Shown here piece after piece: positions 14,727-26,960 of a DNA stretch of 64,000 nt (position 1 is the first letter of the stretch; each line of letters opens with the position of its first letter). The stretch spans positions 171,928,001 through 171,992,000 of the forward strand of contig CM059425.1 in NCBI GenBank assembly GCA_030390025.1, given 5' to 3'. Position numbers and translations under genes: made by a program. The stretch is from Squalus acanthias. Taxonomy: Eukaryota. The notes below the pieces were generated by a model that worked only from the letters and a program-made list of their open reading frames with translations, ran no database searches and was not told where the DNA came from.

Positions 14727-14962
14727 AGTCTCTTCTGATCGGCCATTTTGCTGGGTGTCTCCCACGATGCTGGTAGTCTCTTCTGATACACCATTTTGCT
14801 GTGTGTCTCCCACGCTGCTGGTACTGTAGTCTCTTCTGATACACCATTTTACTGCGTGTCTCCCACGCTGCTGGTACTGTAGTCTCTTCTGATACACCAT
14901 TTTGCTGTGTGTCTGCCACGCTGCTGGTAGTCTCTTCCTAGCCACCATTGTTCTGTGTGTCT
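14727..14962. repeat. Minisatellite of about 4.5 copies (48/53 bp) in the Tigger 5' region
   Basis: AGTCTCTTC(TGATACACCATTTTGCTGTGTGTCTCCCACGCTGCTGGT) units start at 14727, 14775, 14828, 14881 and 14929. Confidence 0.85.
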
Positions 14963-15001
14963 TTCCATCTTCATCGGCAATTATCTCCTCCATCTTGCAT
15001 T

Positions 15002-16775
15002 ATGGAATTCCCAAAAGCTGGTCCAAGCAAAAGGAAGAGAGTGGTCTTAACTTTAAAACAGAAAATCGAGATATGCCAACGACTAGAAAGGGGAGAGAAG
15101 CGTATCAACATTATGAATGAATTCAAAATCGGTTAGTCAACAATCTACGACATCAAATCGCAGAAGGATAAGCTGCTCAAGTTTTATTCAAGCTCGGAGA
15201 CATGCAAGAGTGTAGAGAAACGGCGTACGCTTCGTAAGCCTAAGCTTGAAGAGCTGGATACCGTGCTTTATGAATGGTTTTCTCTTAAGCGTTCAGAGGG
15301 TGTTCCAATTTCCGGACCCATGCTAATCGAGAAAGCGAAGGATTTCTACGAAAGGATGGAGCTCACTGACAAGTGTGCTTTCTCCGATGGATGGCTAACG
15401 TGCTTCAAGTTACAGCATGGGATACGACGACTCGATATTTCCGGGGAGAAGAAATCAGCTGATCACGACACCGCAGAAGAATACTGCGATTATTTCAATC
15501 GGATTGTGCAGCAACATGATTTGTCGCCAGCACAGATATACAATGCCGATGAAACTGGCTTGTTTTGGAGGTTTTTGCCAGAATCAACGCTTGCTGGGGC
15601 TAGTGAGGCTAATGCCTCAGGTTACAAGAAAAATAAAGATCGTGTAACCGTGCCAACATGTGCGAACGCCGCTGGATCACACCGGGTTAAACTTCTTGTT
15701 ATCGGGAAGTATAAAAATCCCCGTGCATTTAAAAATGTGAGGCACTTACCTGTTGAGTACAAAGCTCAAAAAAATGCTTGGATGGATAAGGAAATCTTCT
15801 CCGATTGGTTCCATCATATTTTTGTTCCATCTGTGAGGGAACATTTCCACAAAATAGGGAAACCTGAAGATAGCAAATGCATTTTATTGCTTGATAATTG
15901 CAGAGCCCATCCGCATGAATCCCAGTTGGTTTCGGGAAATATTTTCACCATTTATTTGCCACCAAATGTAACTTCTCTCATCCAACCCATGGACCAGGGC
16001 GTTATCCAAAATCTGAAGTGTCATTACAAGAAAGACTTCCTATGTAAACTGATAAGCCAAGATGACAATATTCAAGAATTGCAGAAGGAATACAATATTA
16101 AAGATGCCATCTATAATGTTGCATGTTCCTGGAAATTGGTAAAAGGTCACACTCTGAGGCAAGCCTGGCGCAAATTGTGGCCTTCTGTAATGTTTGCTGA
16201 AGGTTCTTCTTCAGAGGAGGAATTTCATGGGTTCAATGTTCGTCCCAAGAAGAGTACAATAATGGAAATGGCTGGAATGGTGAAAAATGCAGGCCCAGCA
16301 AACCCTCTACGTCACCTCAGGTGAAAGTGATATCGAGCAGTGGGTTGATGCAGATAGAGAAGTTGGCGTTGTGCATATGCTAAGTGATGATGAAATAATT
16401 CAGAATGTTTTGAATCCAAAGAAAGAAAAGGAAAGCGAGATGGAAAGTGAAGAGGATGAGATTTCTGAAGAAGAGAAGATTTCTTGGGCTAAAGCTGCAG
16501 ACGGATTTTCTACAATCCTCAAATTTGCTGAAAGGCAGAATTGCTACACTTCACAAGAAGTTATGCAACTCCATATTCTGCATTCCACCTTTCTCCAGAA
16601 AAGGCAAGAGTCCACTAAGCAAACCGACATCCGCAACATGTTTAAGAAAGCTTCCAAAAGAGTCGCAGCAGCGGAAGTGCCTGAAGAATCTGTGGCATCG
16701 GTGGAACTGCGTGATCCTGATGACCCAGCTGGCACGGATACGGATATTTCTGATGAACCAGATGACTCGGAATAA
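15002..16775 (+). pseudogene. Tigger/pogo transposase (Jerky/TIGD-like), disrupted
   Basis: CENP-B-type N-terminus [18 protein letters not shown] with EWF and FSDGWL, catalytic motifs NADETG, LLDN and QPMDQG (DD32D spacing), and an acidic tail. One in-frame TAG at 15134-15136 and one frameshift near 16320. Confidence 0.9.
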
Positions 16776-17254
16776 GTGTACAGTCAACTACAGTACTGTA
16801 GACAGTTGTTTATAAGTTTTGTTTTACTGTTAAGTAATTAAAGAGTTATGGATTACCCGCAACTGGCAGTACTGTACTTAATCAAGCATCTTCCACTATC
16901 CATTTAACACAACATTCTGTAGGTGAGTACCCAAATACTGTATACTGCACATTTCTTGATTTATTTATTTTTCTTTGTTAAAAATAGCCTCGGTAGATAT
17001 AACTCTCCGTTATCCGGTACTTTCGATAAACCGGCACCACCCCGGTCCCGTCGGTGCCGGTTAATAAAGAGTTTCCTGCAATAGGTTTACATCTTAGGAT
17101 TCCTATCACATTATAATTTCAGCTGCACCTTCAAACACATGCATTAGTTAGTTAGATACAAATTCTTGAGTCAAGCTCAAACCCACAATCCTTAAACTCA
17201 GAGGCCAGGTGCTACCGACTGAGCCAAGGAAGTAGTTAACAGCAATATGGAGGG

Positions 17255-17848
17255 GGAGGGGGAGTTTTAACATGCGAGAGTGGATGACAGTTTAAATGGC
17301 CAAAAATTTGAGGCGTGCCGGGAAGCCAACTTCTCGGTTTTACCCGAAGCGGGAAGCCAACCCGCTCCCAGGGTTGGCATTTTAAATGTTAAGTAGGCCA
17401 GAAGCCTCGGATTTAACCTGCTGCACAGGTTATATTGTGCCTGTCGGCCTGAAGAGTGCTTCCTCCCGGCCCCCCAAAACACCACCACCATCAGACCCCC
17501 CACACAAATGACCCCTCCCCTCACGTCAGAGATCAGACCCTGCCCCCACAGCCCCCCCCGGGTTCGGGGATCGAACCCCCCATTGGGATCACCACCACCC
17601 GGTGTCAGGGATTGGACCCCCCAGGTCAGGCATCGGACCTACCCAGTCCTGCGGCTTCATCCAGACTGCTGCCCGCCCAACTGGAAGCCAAGCCCGTCAA
17701 CAGGCTGACTTCCGGGCAGAGAACCTGTCAATGACAAAAGACGCCGCTGTGGAGTTAAATCTCCACAGCGTGCGGGGAAACCCAGACTTCCGGGTTTCCC
17801 GCGTGCTACCGGAGCCACTGCTCCAATCATGAGTGAGTAAAAATTCCC
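17255..17848. mobile_element. GC-rich MITE-like repeat
   Basis: Ends GGGGAGTTTTAAC and GTAAAAATTCCC, with internal CGGGAAGCC/CGGGAAACCC motifs in both orientations. Confidence 0.45.
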
Positions 17849-18123
17849 ACCACAGTATATACTGTATATTTACAATAATTGAATACAGTGTCTAAACTGA
17901 ACTGCATCTTATCCTGGAAGTCCATCAATGTTCGACTGCTATCTTTTACAATCCTGGTCATAATTGACCACAATGTTACAATTTGGTGCCATCAACAAAT
18001 TTCATTTTTGTCCTTTCAATTCTGAAGTTCAGGTCATTTACATAAGTAGTAACTAAATTAGACCTAACACAGACCACTATATTATAACGTGCCAGTAGTT
18101 CACCAATAACTGAAATGTGAGTA

Positions 18124-18484
18124 CAGGAAACTCTATTAACCGGCACCGACGGGACCGGCGTGGTGCCGGTTAATCAAAAAGTCCGGATAATGGAGAGTTA
18201 TATCTCCCAACGTACGAGAGCCCCGTACACATTGACATGCGCCTGCATTCGGAGCTCCGCCTCCCCGGGGACCGCCAGCTGACCATCTGTCGTGTCCGCT
18301 GCCTACCCGGGCTGCACATTCCCCTCCCAATCTACATGCTCCGCTACAAGGCAAACGCCTCGGGTTTTTTTTAAAGTTATTTTTAAAGGAGAGATGAAGG
18401 AAAACCCCGGTTACCTACTCAAGAATTTTGCCGGTTAAGAGAGATTTCCGGTTATTTGGGTGCCGGTTAAAAGAGAGTTTCCTG
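18124..18484 (-). mobile_element. Non-autonomous MITE related to the Tigger element
   Basis: TA|CAGGAAACT...AGTTTCCTG|TA. Its two ends match the reverse complements of the right (~80 bp) and left (~60 bp) ends of 14419-17078. Confidence 0.9.
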
Positions 18485-18879
18485 TAACTTGCCAACCATC
18501 TCCTAGCTTATCGCCATTTCTATTTTTGGAGACAACAGTCCGATTTCCCAACCTCCAATACTCTGCCAAAAATTTCCAATCCATTAATTAATCCAGATTT
18601 ATAGTCTGCCATTTCTTTCCTCAATTCCCTCGCTTTCCTGAAGACCCTGGGATGTAAACCATCAGGTCACCATGATTTATCTATCTTCAGTTTGACTAAC
18701 TTCTTGATTAACGTCACTTGGTGAATAATAACTTCTAGCTAACTGCTATACACCCATCTCTGCTGGTTCTACAATTTCAACATCCACCTTCTCTGAAAAC
18801 TTATTTAATACTTCTGCTATTCACACCCTCGCCAACACAAGCTAGTCTCCTTAGTCGTCTTAACCTTACCTTGATTTTA

Positions 18880-21520
18880 TTTATTAATTCACGGGATGTG
18901 GGCATCGCTGGCAAGGACAGCATTTATTGCCCATCCCTAATTGCCAGAGAAGGTGGTGGTGAACCACCTTCTTGAACCGCTGCAGTCTGTATGGTGAAGG
19001 TACCCCCACAGTAGGGAGGGAGTTCCAGGATTTTGACCCAGAGACATGAAGATATAGCGATATATTTCCAAGTCAGGATGGTGTGTAACTTTGAGGGAAA
19101 CTTACAGGTGATGGTGTTCCCAAGTGCCTTTTTTTAAAAAATTCGTTTATGGGATGTGGGCGTCACTGGCAAGGCCAGCATTTATTGCCCATCCCTAATT
19201 GCTCGAGAAGGTGATGGTGAGCCACGTTCTTGAACCTCTGCAGTCCGTGTGGTGAAGGTACTCCCACAGAGCTGCCCTTGTCCTTCTCGGCAGCAGCGGG
19301 CGAAGGTTTGCAAGATGCTGTCAAATAAGCCTTGTTGAGTTGTTACAGTGCATCTTGTAGATGGTACACATTGCAGCCACAGTACGCCGGTGGTGGAGGG
19401 AGTGAATGCTGAAGGTGGTAGATGGGATGCCAATCAAGCGGGCTGCTTTGTCCTGGATGGTGTCGAACTTCGAGTGTTGTTGGAGCTGCACTCATCCAGG
19501 TAAGTGGAGAGTATTGCATCACACTCCCGACTTCTGCCTTGTAGATGGTGGAAAGGCTTTGGGGAGTCAGAAGGTCAGACACTCGCTGCAGAATACCTAG
19601 CCTCTGACCTGCTCTTGCAGCCACTGTATTTATGTTCCTGGTCCAGTTCAGTTTCCGGTCAATTGTGACCCCCAGGATGTTGATGGTGGGGGATTCGGCA
19701 ATGGTAATGCCTTTGAATGTCAAAGGGAGGTTGGTTAGACTTTCTCTTGTTGGAGATGGTCATTGCCTGGCACTTAAGTAGCAAGCAACGTTCGTGCCAC
19801 ACATCAGCCCAAGCCTGACTGCTGTCCGGGTCTTGCTGTATGCAGGCACAGACTGCATCATTATCTGAGGAACTGCGAATGGAACTACACTGTGCAATCA
19901 TCAGCAAACACCCACACTTCTGACTTCATGATGGAAGGAAGCTCATTGATGAAGCAGCTGAAGATGGTTGGGACTAGGACACTGCCCTGAAGGACTCCTG
20001 CAGTGATGTCCTGGGGCTGAGATAATTGGCCTCCAACAACCACAACCATCTTCATTTGTGCTAGGTATGACTCTAGCCAATCGACAATTTTCCCCGATTC
20101 CCACTGACTTCAAATTTTACTGGGGCCACACTCGGTCAAATGCGGGCTTGATGTCAAGGGCAGTCACTCTCACCTCACCTCACCTCTGGAATTCAGCTCT
20201 TTTGTCCATGTTTGGACCAAGGTTGTAATGAGGTCTGGAGCAGAGTGGTCCCGGTGGAATCCGAAATGACCAACGCGGAGGTTGTTATTGGTGACTAAGT
20301 GCGGCTTGATAGCACTGTCGACGACACCTTCCATCACTTTGCTGATGATTGAGAGTAGATTGATAGGGCAGTCATTGGCCAGATTGGATTTCTCCTGCTT
20401 TTTGTGGACAGGACATACCCAGGCAATTTTCCACTTTGTCGGGTAGATGCCAGTGTTGTAGCTGTATTGGAACAGCTTGGCGAGAGGCGTGACTAGCTCT
20501 GGAGCACCAGTTTTCAGCACTACAGCCAGGATGTTGTCAGGGACCATAGCCTTTTGCTGTATCCAGTCTGCTCAGCCATTTGATATCACGTGGAGTAAGT
20601 CCAATTGGCTGAAAACTGGCTTCTGTGATGGTGGGGATCTCAGGAGGAAGCAGAGATGGATCACCCACTAGGCACTTCTGGCTGAAGATGGTTGCAAACA
20701 CTTCAGCCTTGTCTTTTGCTCCGCCACCATGGAGGATGGGGATGGAGCCTCCTCCTCCCGTTAGTTGTTGAATTGTTCACCACCATTCAGGACTGGACGT
20801 GGCAGGACTGCAGAACTTTGATCTGATCCGTTGGTTGTGGGATCGCTTAGCTGTGTCTAGAGCATGCATGTAGGCCTGTGTTGTTGCTTCATCAAATTGG
20901 CACCTCATTTTTAAGTATGCCTGGTGCTGTTCCTGGCATGCTCTTCTACACTCCTCATTGAACCAGGGTTGGTCCCCTGGCTTGATGCAAATAGTAGAAT
21001 GACAAATATGCCAGGCCACGAGGTTACAGATTGTGGTGAAATACAATTCTGTTGCTGCTGCTAGCCCACAGCGCCTAATGGATGCCCAGTTTTGAGCTGC
21101 TAGATCTGTTCTGAATCTATCCCATTGAGCACGGCCATAGTTGCACACAACACGATGGAGGATGTCCAGTGTGAAGATGGGGCTTCGTCTCCAAAAGGGT
21201 TGTGCGGTGGTCACTCCTACTAATACTGTCACAAACAGATGCATCTGGGACAGGTAGATTGGCGAGGACGAGGTCAAGTAGGTTTTTCCACTCGTGTTGG
21301 TTCTCACACCACCTGCCGCAAGCGTAGTCTGACAGATATGACCTTCAGGGCTCGGCCAGCTTGGTCAGTCGTCGTGCAACTGAGCCACTCGTGATGGACA
21401 ATAAGCCCCCCACCCAGAGTACATTCTGTGCCCTTGCTACCCTCAGTGCTTCTTCCAAGTGGTATTCAACATGGAGGAGTACTGATTCATCAGCTGAGGA
21501 AGGGCAGTAGGTGGTAATCC
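18880..21520 (-). mobile_element. Non-LTR family 2 LINE with endonuclease and RT remnants
   Basis: QPWFNEEC, WKIAWVCPVHKK, PINLLSIISKVME and INILGVTID, with the same tail as 5012-6308. Confidence 0.88.
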
Positions 21521-23650
21521 TTTTACTAATTGTGACTACAAGCACCCATTTTATTGCCCTGTTACAATTTTCCCTTATGTTGCCTCTTAGCCTTTCTAAT
21601 CTCCTCATTATAGCTTTGCTACATAATCTTCATATCTGTCCCGACTTTCATTTTTATTCTCTGCCCTGTAAGCGTGGAATGTTTCTTTAGTTTCAAATGT
21701 GATCACATCTCCGTAATAATCCACAGGCTCCCAGCTTTCTATGCAACACCTTTTTTCCTCACTTGTACCCTATACCTCCTGTTGAAATATTTGCCATTCA
21801 TGATCTGCAGTTTTGTTTGCAATATTTCCTTCCATTTAATGTGGGCAAGATACCTTTTTATCTTGCTGTAATTTTTTTCCAGTCAAGTACCCTTGCCCTC
21901 AACTTATTTTTCCCTTTCTATTTTTACACTGTACATAATTCTATTATAGCCACTGCTTCCCAAATGTTCCCCTACATTGAGGTCACCAACTTGCTCCATC
22001 TCATTACCCAGACCAGGTCAATTACTGCTTCAATCCTTGTTGGAATAGAAACATATCTATTGTGGAAACAGCCCTGAGCACACTACAAAATAACCTCCCC
22101 ATTCCCGCTGCAAAGACGTTTATTCCAGAGATAATTAAAATCTTTTACAATTACAACTCTATTATAACTACACTCCTCTCGAGGTTGCCTGTAAATGTCA
22201 CCCTCCATTCCCTTCGCACTGTCTGGTGTTCTTTCATATAGCATCTCTGGCATCAACTGTGTGTTGCTATTTCTCACCTCAGTCCAAAATGGATTTTGTT
22301 GGGACCACGTCTCTATTTAAATCTTTATGCTGTGGTGCTATGATTTTGTTTAAAATTAATACTGCTAAACCTCCTTCTTTTCTTCCTTCCCTATCCATCC
22401 TGAAAGTTTTATACTTGAGTATATTTTACTGACCCAGCTGCAACAGGTTACAATTACTAGTCTTAAGCCTTTTCTAAAAAAATTTACTCAATGATCAATT
22501 CACAAATTTTGTTTCTCTTACACTGTATTATTATACAATTTAGTTTAGTTTCCCTCAGTTTTGCAATATTGTCCTTTTTTGCCTTTTTCTTCCTGATTCT
22601 TGACTACCTTGTCATATTTAACCTATTTCAACCTTTATAGCGCCTTGTCTATACACCTGTAGTTTTTTTACCCATCCAAGCAGCCTACTGCATTCTCTTG
22701 CCTAACCCCCACCCCAACCACTCCAGTGCATCCACGATGATATTGGTCCCAGTTCTGTTCAAGTGAAGGCTGTCCCATCGATACAGCTCACTCCTGCCCC
22801 AGAACTCAAGTAATTGGACACGCCCCCTCCAACATCATGTCTCTGGTCATGCACTGACCGCCCTAATGTGGCTGTTCCTGTATTAGCAGGCACATACTAC
22901 CAGTCCTGCCACTTCACCTGCTTAACTTCTGGAACTCTCTTTGCAGGATCTGAATCCCGTTCCTCTGACGACGACAACAACAACAACAACTTGTATTTAT
23001 ATGCGTCGCTGATTATGACTTGAGCCACCACTTCCAACTTATCCCCTGTATTTCCAAGCGCTTCTACGACCACTTCCTTCTGCCCCTTCAACGGATACCA
23101 AAAGAACATACCACTCAGGACTATGTTTACTGTTACATCAACGACTGTCTATTCCTCTCACTATCGTATCTCCCACTAAGACTGTGTTCATGCACTTTAC
23201 TCTTCCCCCTTGCTTAACCACTGGTCCACTGTACTCTGGCATTGCTCACAATTTCCTTCTCTAATTGCTGTCCTCACCTGCAGGATAGGTTTAAATATCC
23301 AGCAGCACTGCAAAACCTCAGACAATTTCAGATGCTACAAGTTTTCCACACTATCCCTACTTCAGTCCTCCTCTTTTCCCCACCACCACCCCGCCCACCC
23401 AGCCAATGGTCATCCACTGTCCTTCCTCTGCCTTGCTATTCTTGTATAGCTGTGTAGTGACCACCTCCTGAAAAGTGTGCCCTATGATCTCTTTCTCCTC
23501 CCGTATGTTACATTTCTCTAACTGTTTCTCAAGTTCAGTAGCTTAGAGTTTAAGGGAGTTGACCTGGAGACCTTTATTATACCTGTGGTTCTCCTGGATA
23601 CTCCCAAATTGTGCAAGTTCCCCATAACGTAAGCTTCCCTGCCCTACCAT
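21520..23650 (-). mobile_element. Highly degraded CR1 5' half
   Basis: IYRQP...VIVKDFNY endonuclease remnants and an ORF1-like WDSLHLNRTGTN near 22740-22780. Confidence 0.6.
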
Positions 23651-25179
23651 AACATATGGTTTCAAAGGACTTAGAAACTAAAATAAAATAGTTTCAAGCC
23701 AACTACATTTACACTGAACTCCAGATCAGGCCGAAGTGAGCTACCTTCTCAATTTGCTGGTGTCTCGCAGCTTGATTGCCTCACGCTTGTATAAGCAACT
23801 TGAATCCCAAATAAAACAAAGTCAGCAAGTCTAGGCTGACCTGTCTGGTCTTACAAATTCAAAAGGGTGCTGGATGAGTTCCTGAAAATGGCTAACATAC
23901 CTACATAATGAAGGAAGGTGGGTTATTGAAGGTTGTGTCACCCAGTAACCTGGTCTCCTGCTGTTTATTTCATCACCTTTGGGAGTCAGAGAAATTTTTT
24001 TAAAAAGAGTATTTTTCCTAAATAGGCCAGAGGGTTTTACCTCTCCCAGAAGATTGGTGGGAGGAGGAAATGGGGGTGATGGTATGCAGAAGTTACACCA
24101 TTCCAGGATAGACAGGTTGTTGGGCCAGCTGGTCGTGAACTTTCCTCCCTTTCCGCCTGCTTCAGACCCACTCAGTCTCAATGGCAAATTCCTACAGTTG
24201 AACTCATTTCCTGATCTTTTCTTAACAAATTTGCAATTCAAAACTTTGAGAAATTAATAAAAGTACAGACCTCAAATGAAACAATCTGGCACAGTTTCAA
24301 TTCAAATGTAAAAATAGATGAAACTGCATTCCTGTATGTTTTATTTTATTCTCATTTTTAAAAAACTTTTGCCACATTGGGACTCCCTACTGGGAAAGTA
24401 GAAATGAGAAAAGGTCATCCAGCTCAATCAATCATCTAGTTCCTTTTCAGGGCCTGGTCTAACTTTTTCTTTAATTAATATCCGTTCTCCAAACACATCC
24501 CTCCACTCTTCGTGCTTTCATTAAACTGGTTCCCTTTTTCTTGTTCTTTGTTTTACTTACTCAATTGTTTCTTCATTTCCATTGCACTTCTATTTTAAAC
24601 GCCATGTCACTTTGTTGTTCTTTGCACTTAGCTTTGCAACTTCGTGTTTCTTCCACCTTTTTAGTTACTTTGAACATTGTTCGATTAGTTCTTCCACTGT
24701 CACTTAGAAACATAGACATTTACAGTACAGGAGCCAATCTGTGCCAATTCTTGGCTAAACTAATTCCAGTGACTTGCTCTCCCCCCAAAGCCCAGTATCA
24801 TCCTTTGCTTCAAAGGGTTTATCCACTGTTTGAAAATATGGAATCGTCTCTGTCTCAACTACTACCTGCACTAATTAATTCCATACTCCACCAGCTTATG
24901 TAAAGACATTTCTGCTAACCTCTCTCCTTACTCTCCGTAACAATGTCTGCCCATTCCACTAATCTACCTATGACCTCCTGTCTTTTGCAAGTCTCCTACT
25001 TGTGTTAGCACCAAATTTTGATGTTGTGCTTCACATGCCCAAGCCCACATCATCTGCATTTAATCAAGAAAAGAAGCACAAGCCCTACATGCATCATTTC
25101 CATCCCTTCCCCAATCCGAGAAATATCCATTAACGCCAAGCCCTTGTTTCTGAACCATCATCCAACTTTCTATCTGTGC

Positions 25180-25365
25180 TGGAAACGCACAGGTCAGCCA
25201 GTATCTGTGGAGAGAACAGTCACTTTACATTCAGAGTTCGGACCCTTCTTCGGAACAATCCCAGAATGTCGACTGGGGTTCTCACCACAGAAGCTGACTG
25301 ACTGTTCACAGCTTTTGCTGATTTTGTTTCAGTTTTACAGCATCTGCAACATTTACTTTTTATTT
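25180..25365. mobile_element. Degraded family B-like fold-back remnant
   Basis: CAGGTCAGCCAGTATCTGTGGAGAGAAC...CCACAGAAGCTGACTGACTG...CAGCATCTGCAACATTT resembles both family B arms. A similar weak remnant lies at ~8850-9075. Confidence 0.5.
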
Positions 25366-26599
25366 CTATAAATGCTGCAACATTTGTTGCACCATATGCC
25401 TGAAATTTTGTAACAAACCTGTGTGACACTTTATCAAACACCTTCTGGAAATCTGTGTACACTACATTTACTGCCTCCCCTCATCTATGCAATCAGTTAC
25501 TTTTTGTAATAAAAATCAAATTTGTTGAACATAATTTGCATTTTTTTTTTAAAGATCTAGGCTGCCTATCCTTGATTATCCCATGTAGCAGCCAAACTGA
25601 TCAGCAAATAACTATGAATCACAATAGCCTTCCTCTGGCAAGGGGTAGCAGGATAGTGGTGGTTTTCTGGAAAAGCAGGAATCATGACCAAGTCCCACAA
25701 GTGGTTCTACATGGGTGGACTATCAAGTGTTAATTTTCATTTTAGTTGAGGTGGCAGAGTCAAGGAAATGAAAGGAATAAAACATGAAGTAAACTTGAAA
25801 CTTAACCTGGTTATAACATGTTCAGGAAAGGTAGAGGGGGAAAAAAAGAGACAGAATTGGTCACAATTCCTGCTGCACCAGAAAGCTACCACTATCCTAC
25901 CCCTTGCCAGATGATGACCAAGTTAAGAGCTGATGAGTTTGGCTCTTGTATATAAATAAATCCATGTAATTACAGTGTCAGAAACCAACTAAACTGTTAT
26001 TTATACACTCCGAAGCATCAACAGAAATCCAGCGGTGATGCAAGATATACCTACTTTATAATTTATGGGGGCAAAAGTGAACTCAGTTTTTTTGCCGCAT
26101 TTAATTAATGAAATGTAAAAAAATAAAAATCATGCTGCTTGGGGGTGGGGGGGCAGGTGGAGAAGAGGGGAGCCCGGAGCATCACTCCAGCACCACCTGA
26201 ACCAACAAAAATAAGACCCAATTAACATAGCTTAACAAGACTCTCCGCTGATTCATGCAGGCGCCCAAGCCACCCAGCAGAAGGTCAGACTTCAAATCAC
26301 AATGGACTTGGAACAGGCCAGTAAGTCAACCACCGCGATTGTAACTCCTTTACCACCCTTTTCCGCCAGGTGAAGTGTGTTAAAATCTCCCCCAATGTCA
26401 AACCAAGAGCTGTAATTCCCTTTGTGAGTAAAGGTAAAGGAAAATTATTTTACTAAACTATTATATACCAATGAATTCAGCAAAAGAATTATTTAACTTG
26501 ACATATAGAAGAAAATGCACCTCCGAGTGACACTAATCTGGTTTTCTGATCAAGCCACACAGAAAGGCTGGATTTTTCAAGACATATAAACCAAAGTTT

Positions 26600-26960
26600 A
26601 GAGGGGTGCTCCCAATGGCTCAGCAAGTTTATTTAGCGAGTAACTGAGCTTGACCATAAAGGTCCCAGGTTTGATCAGCTGTGTGTGCCAAGTTAGCTGA
26701 TCTCAAGCTATAATTCACGAGTTGAACTGTAAAAATTAAAAAAAGCCCATTACTGGAACTGTGCACGTATGGCCATCAAGAGAAAACAGGAGTAGGTTTG
26801 GTTGCGACATCATTCAATGTGGTCTAATAGTCTGCCTACATTAATTGTCAAGGCTCACATGTGAATAATGGTCAGAGGTGCTCCCCGAGGGTGACTAGTA
26901 CCAGGGAACTGTACTCCAACATGGACTTCACACCTCCAGAAAAAGGTAGAAGGGAAAAAA
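26600..26960 (+). mobile_element. Old tRNA-like SINE
   Basis: TGGCTCAG...GGTCCCAGGTTTGATC...GTTAGCTGATCTC. Related fragments carrying ATTGGCCTCA lie at ~10230-10380 and ~12600-12740. Confidence 0.45.

Larger units (their letters stand above)
14419..17078 (+). mobile_element. Near full-length Tigger/pogo (Tc1-mariner superfamily) DNA transposon
   Basis: Terminal inverted repeats CAGGAAACT...CCGGCACC and GGTGCCGG...AGTTTCCTG, subterminal AACCGGCA/ATCCGG repeats, and an internal transposase. Confidence 0.92.

Noticed and set aside
14727..14962. Regularly spaced repeats that look CRISPR-like
   Set aside because: Whole units repeat with no unique spacers, there are no cas genes, and the context is a eukaryotic transposon.
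14625..14993. Repetitive minus-strand ORFs
   Set aside because: Translations of the minisatellite.
15263..16324. Domesticated JRK/TIGD gene
   Set aside because: TIRs on both sides, a premature stop and a frameshift indicate a transposon copy.
23831..25371. Several 90-136 aa ORFs
   Set aside because: No recognisable domains or splice structure; they overlap decayed repeats.
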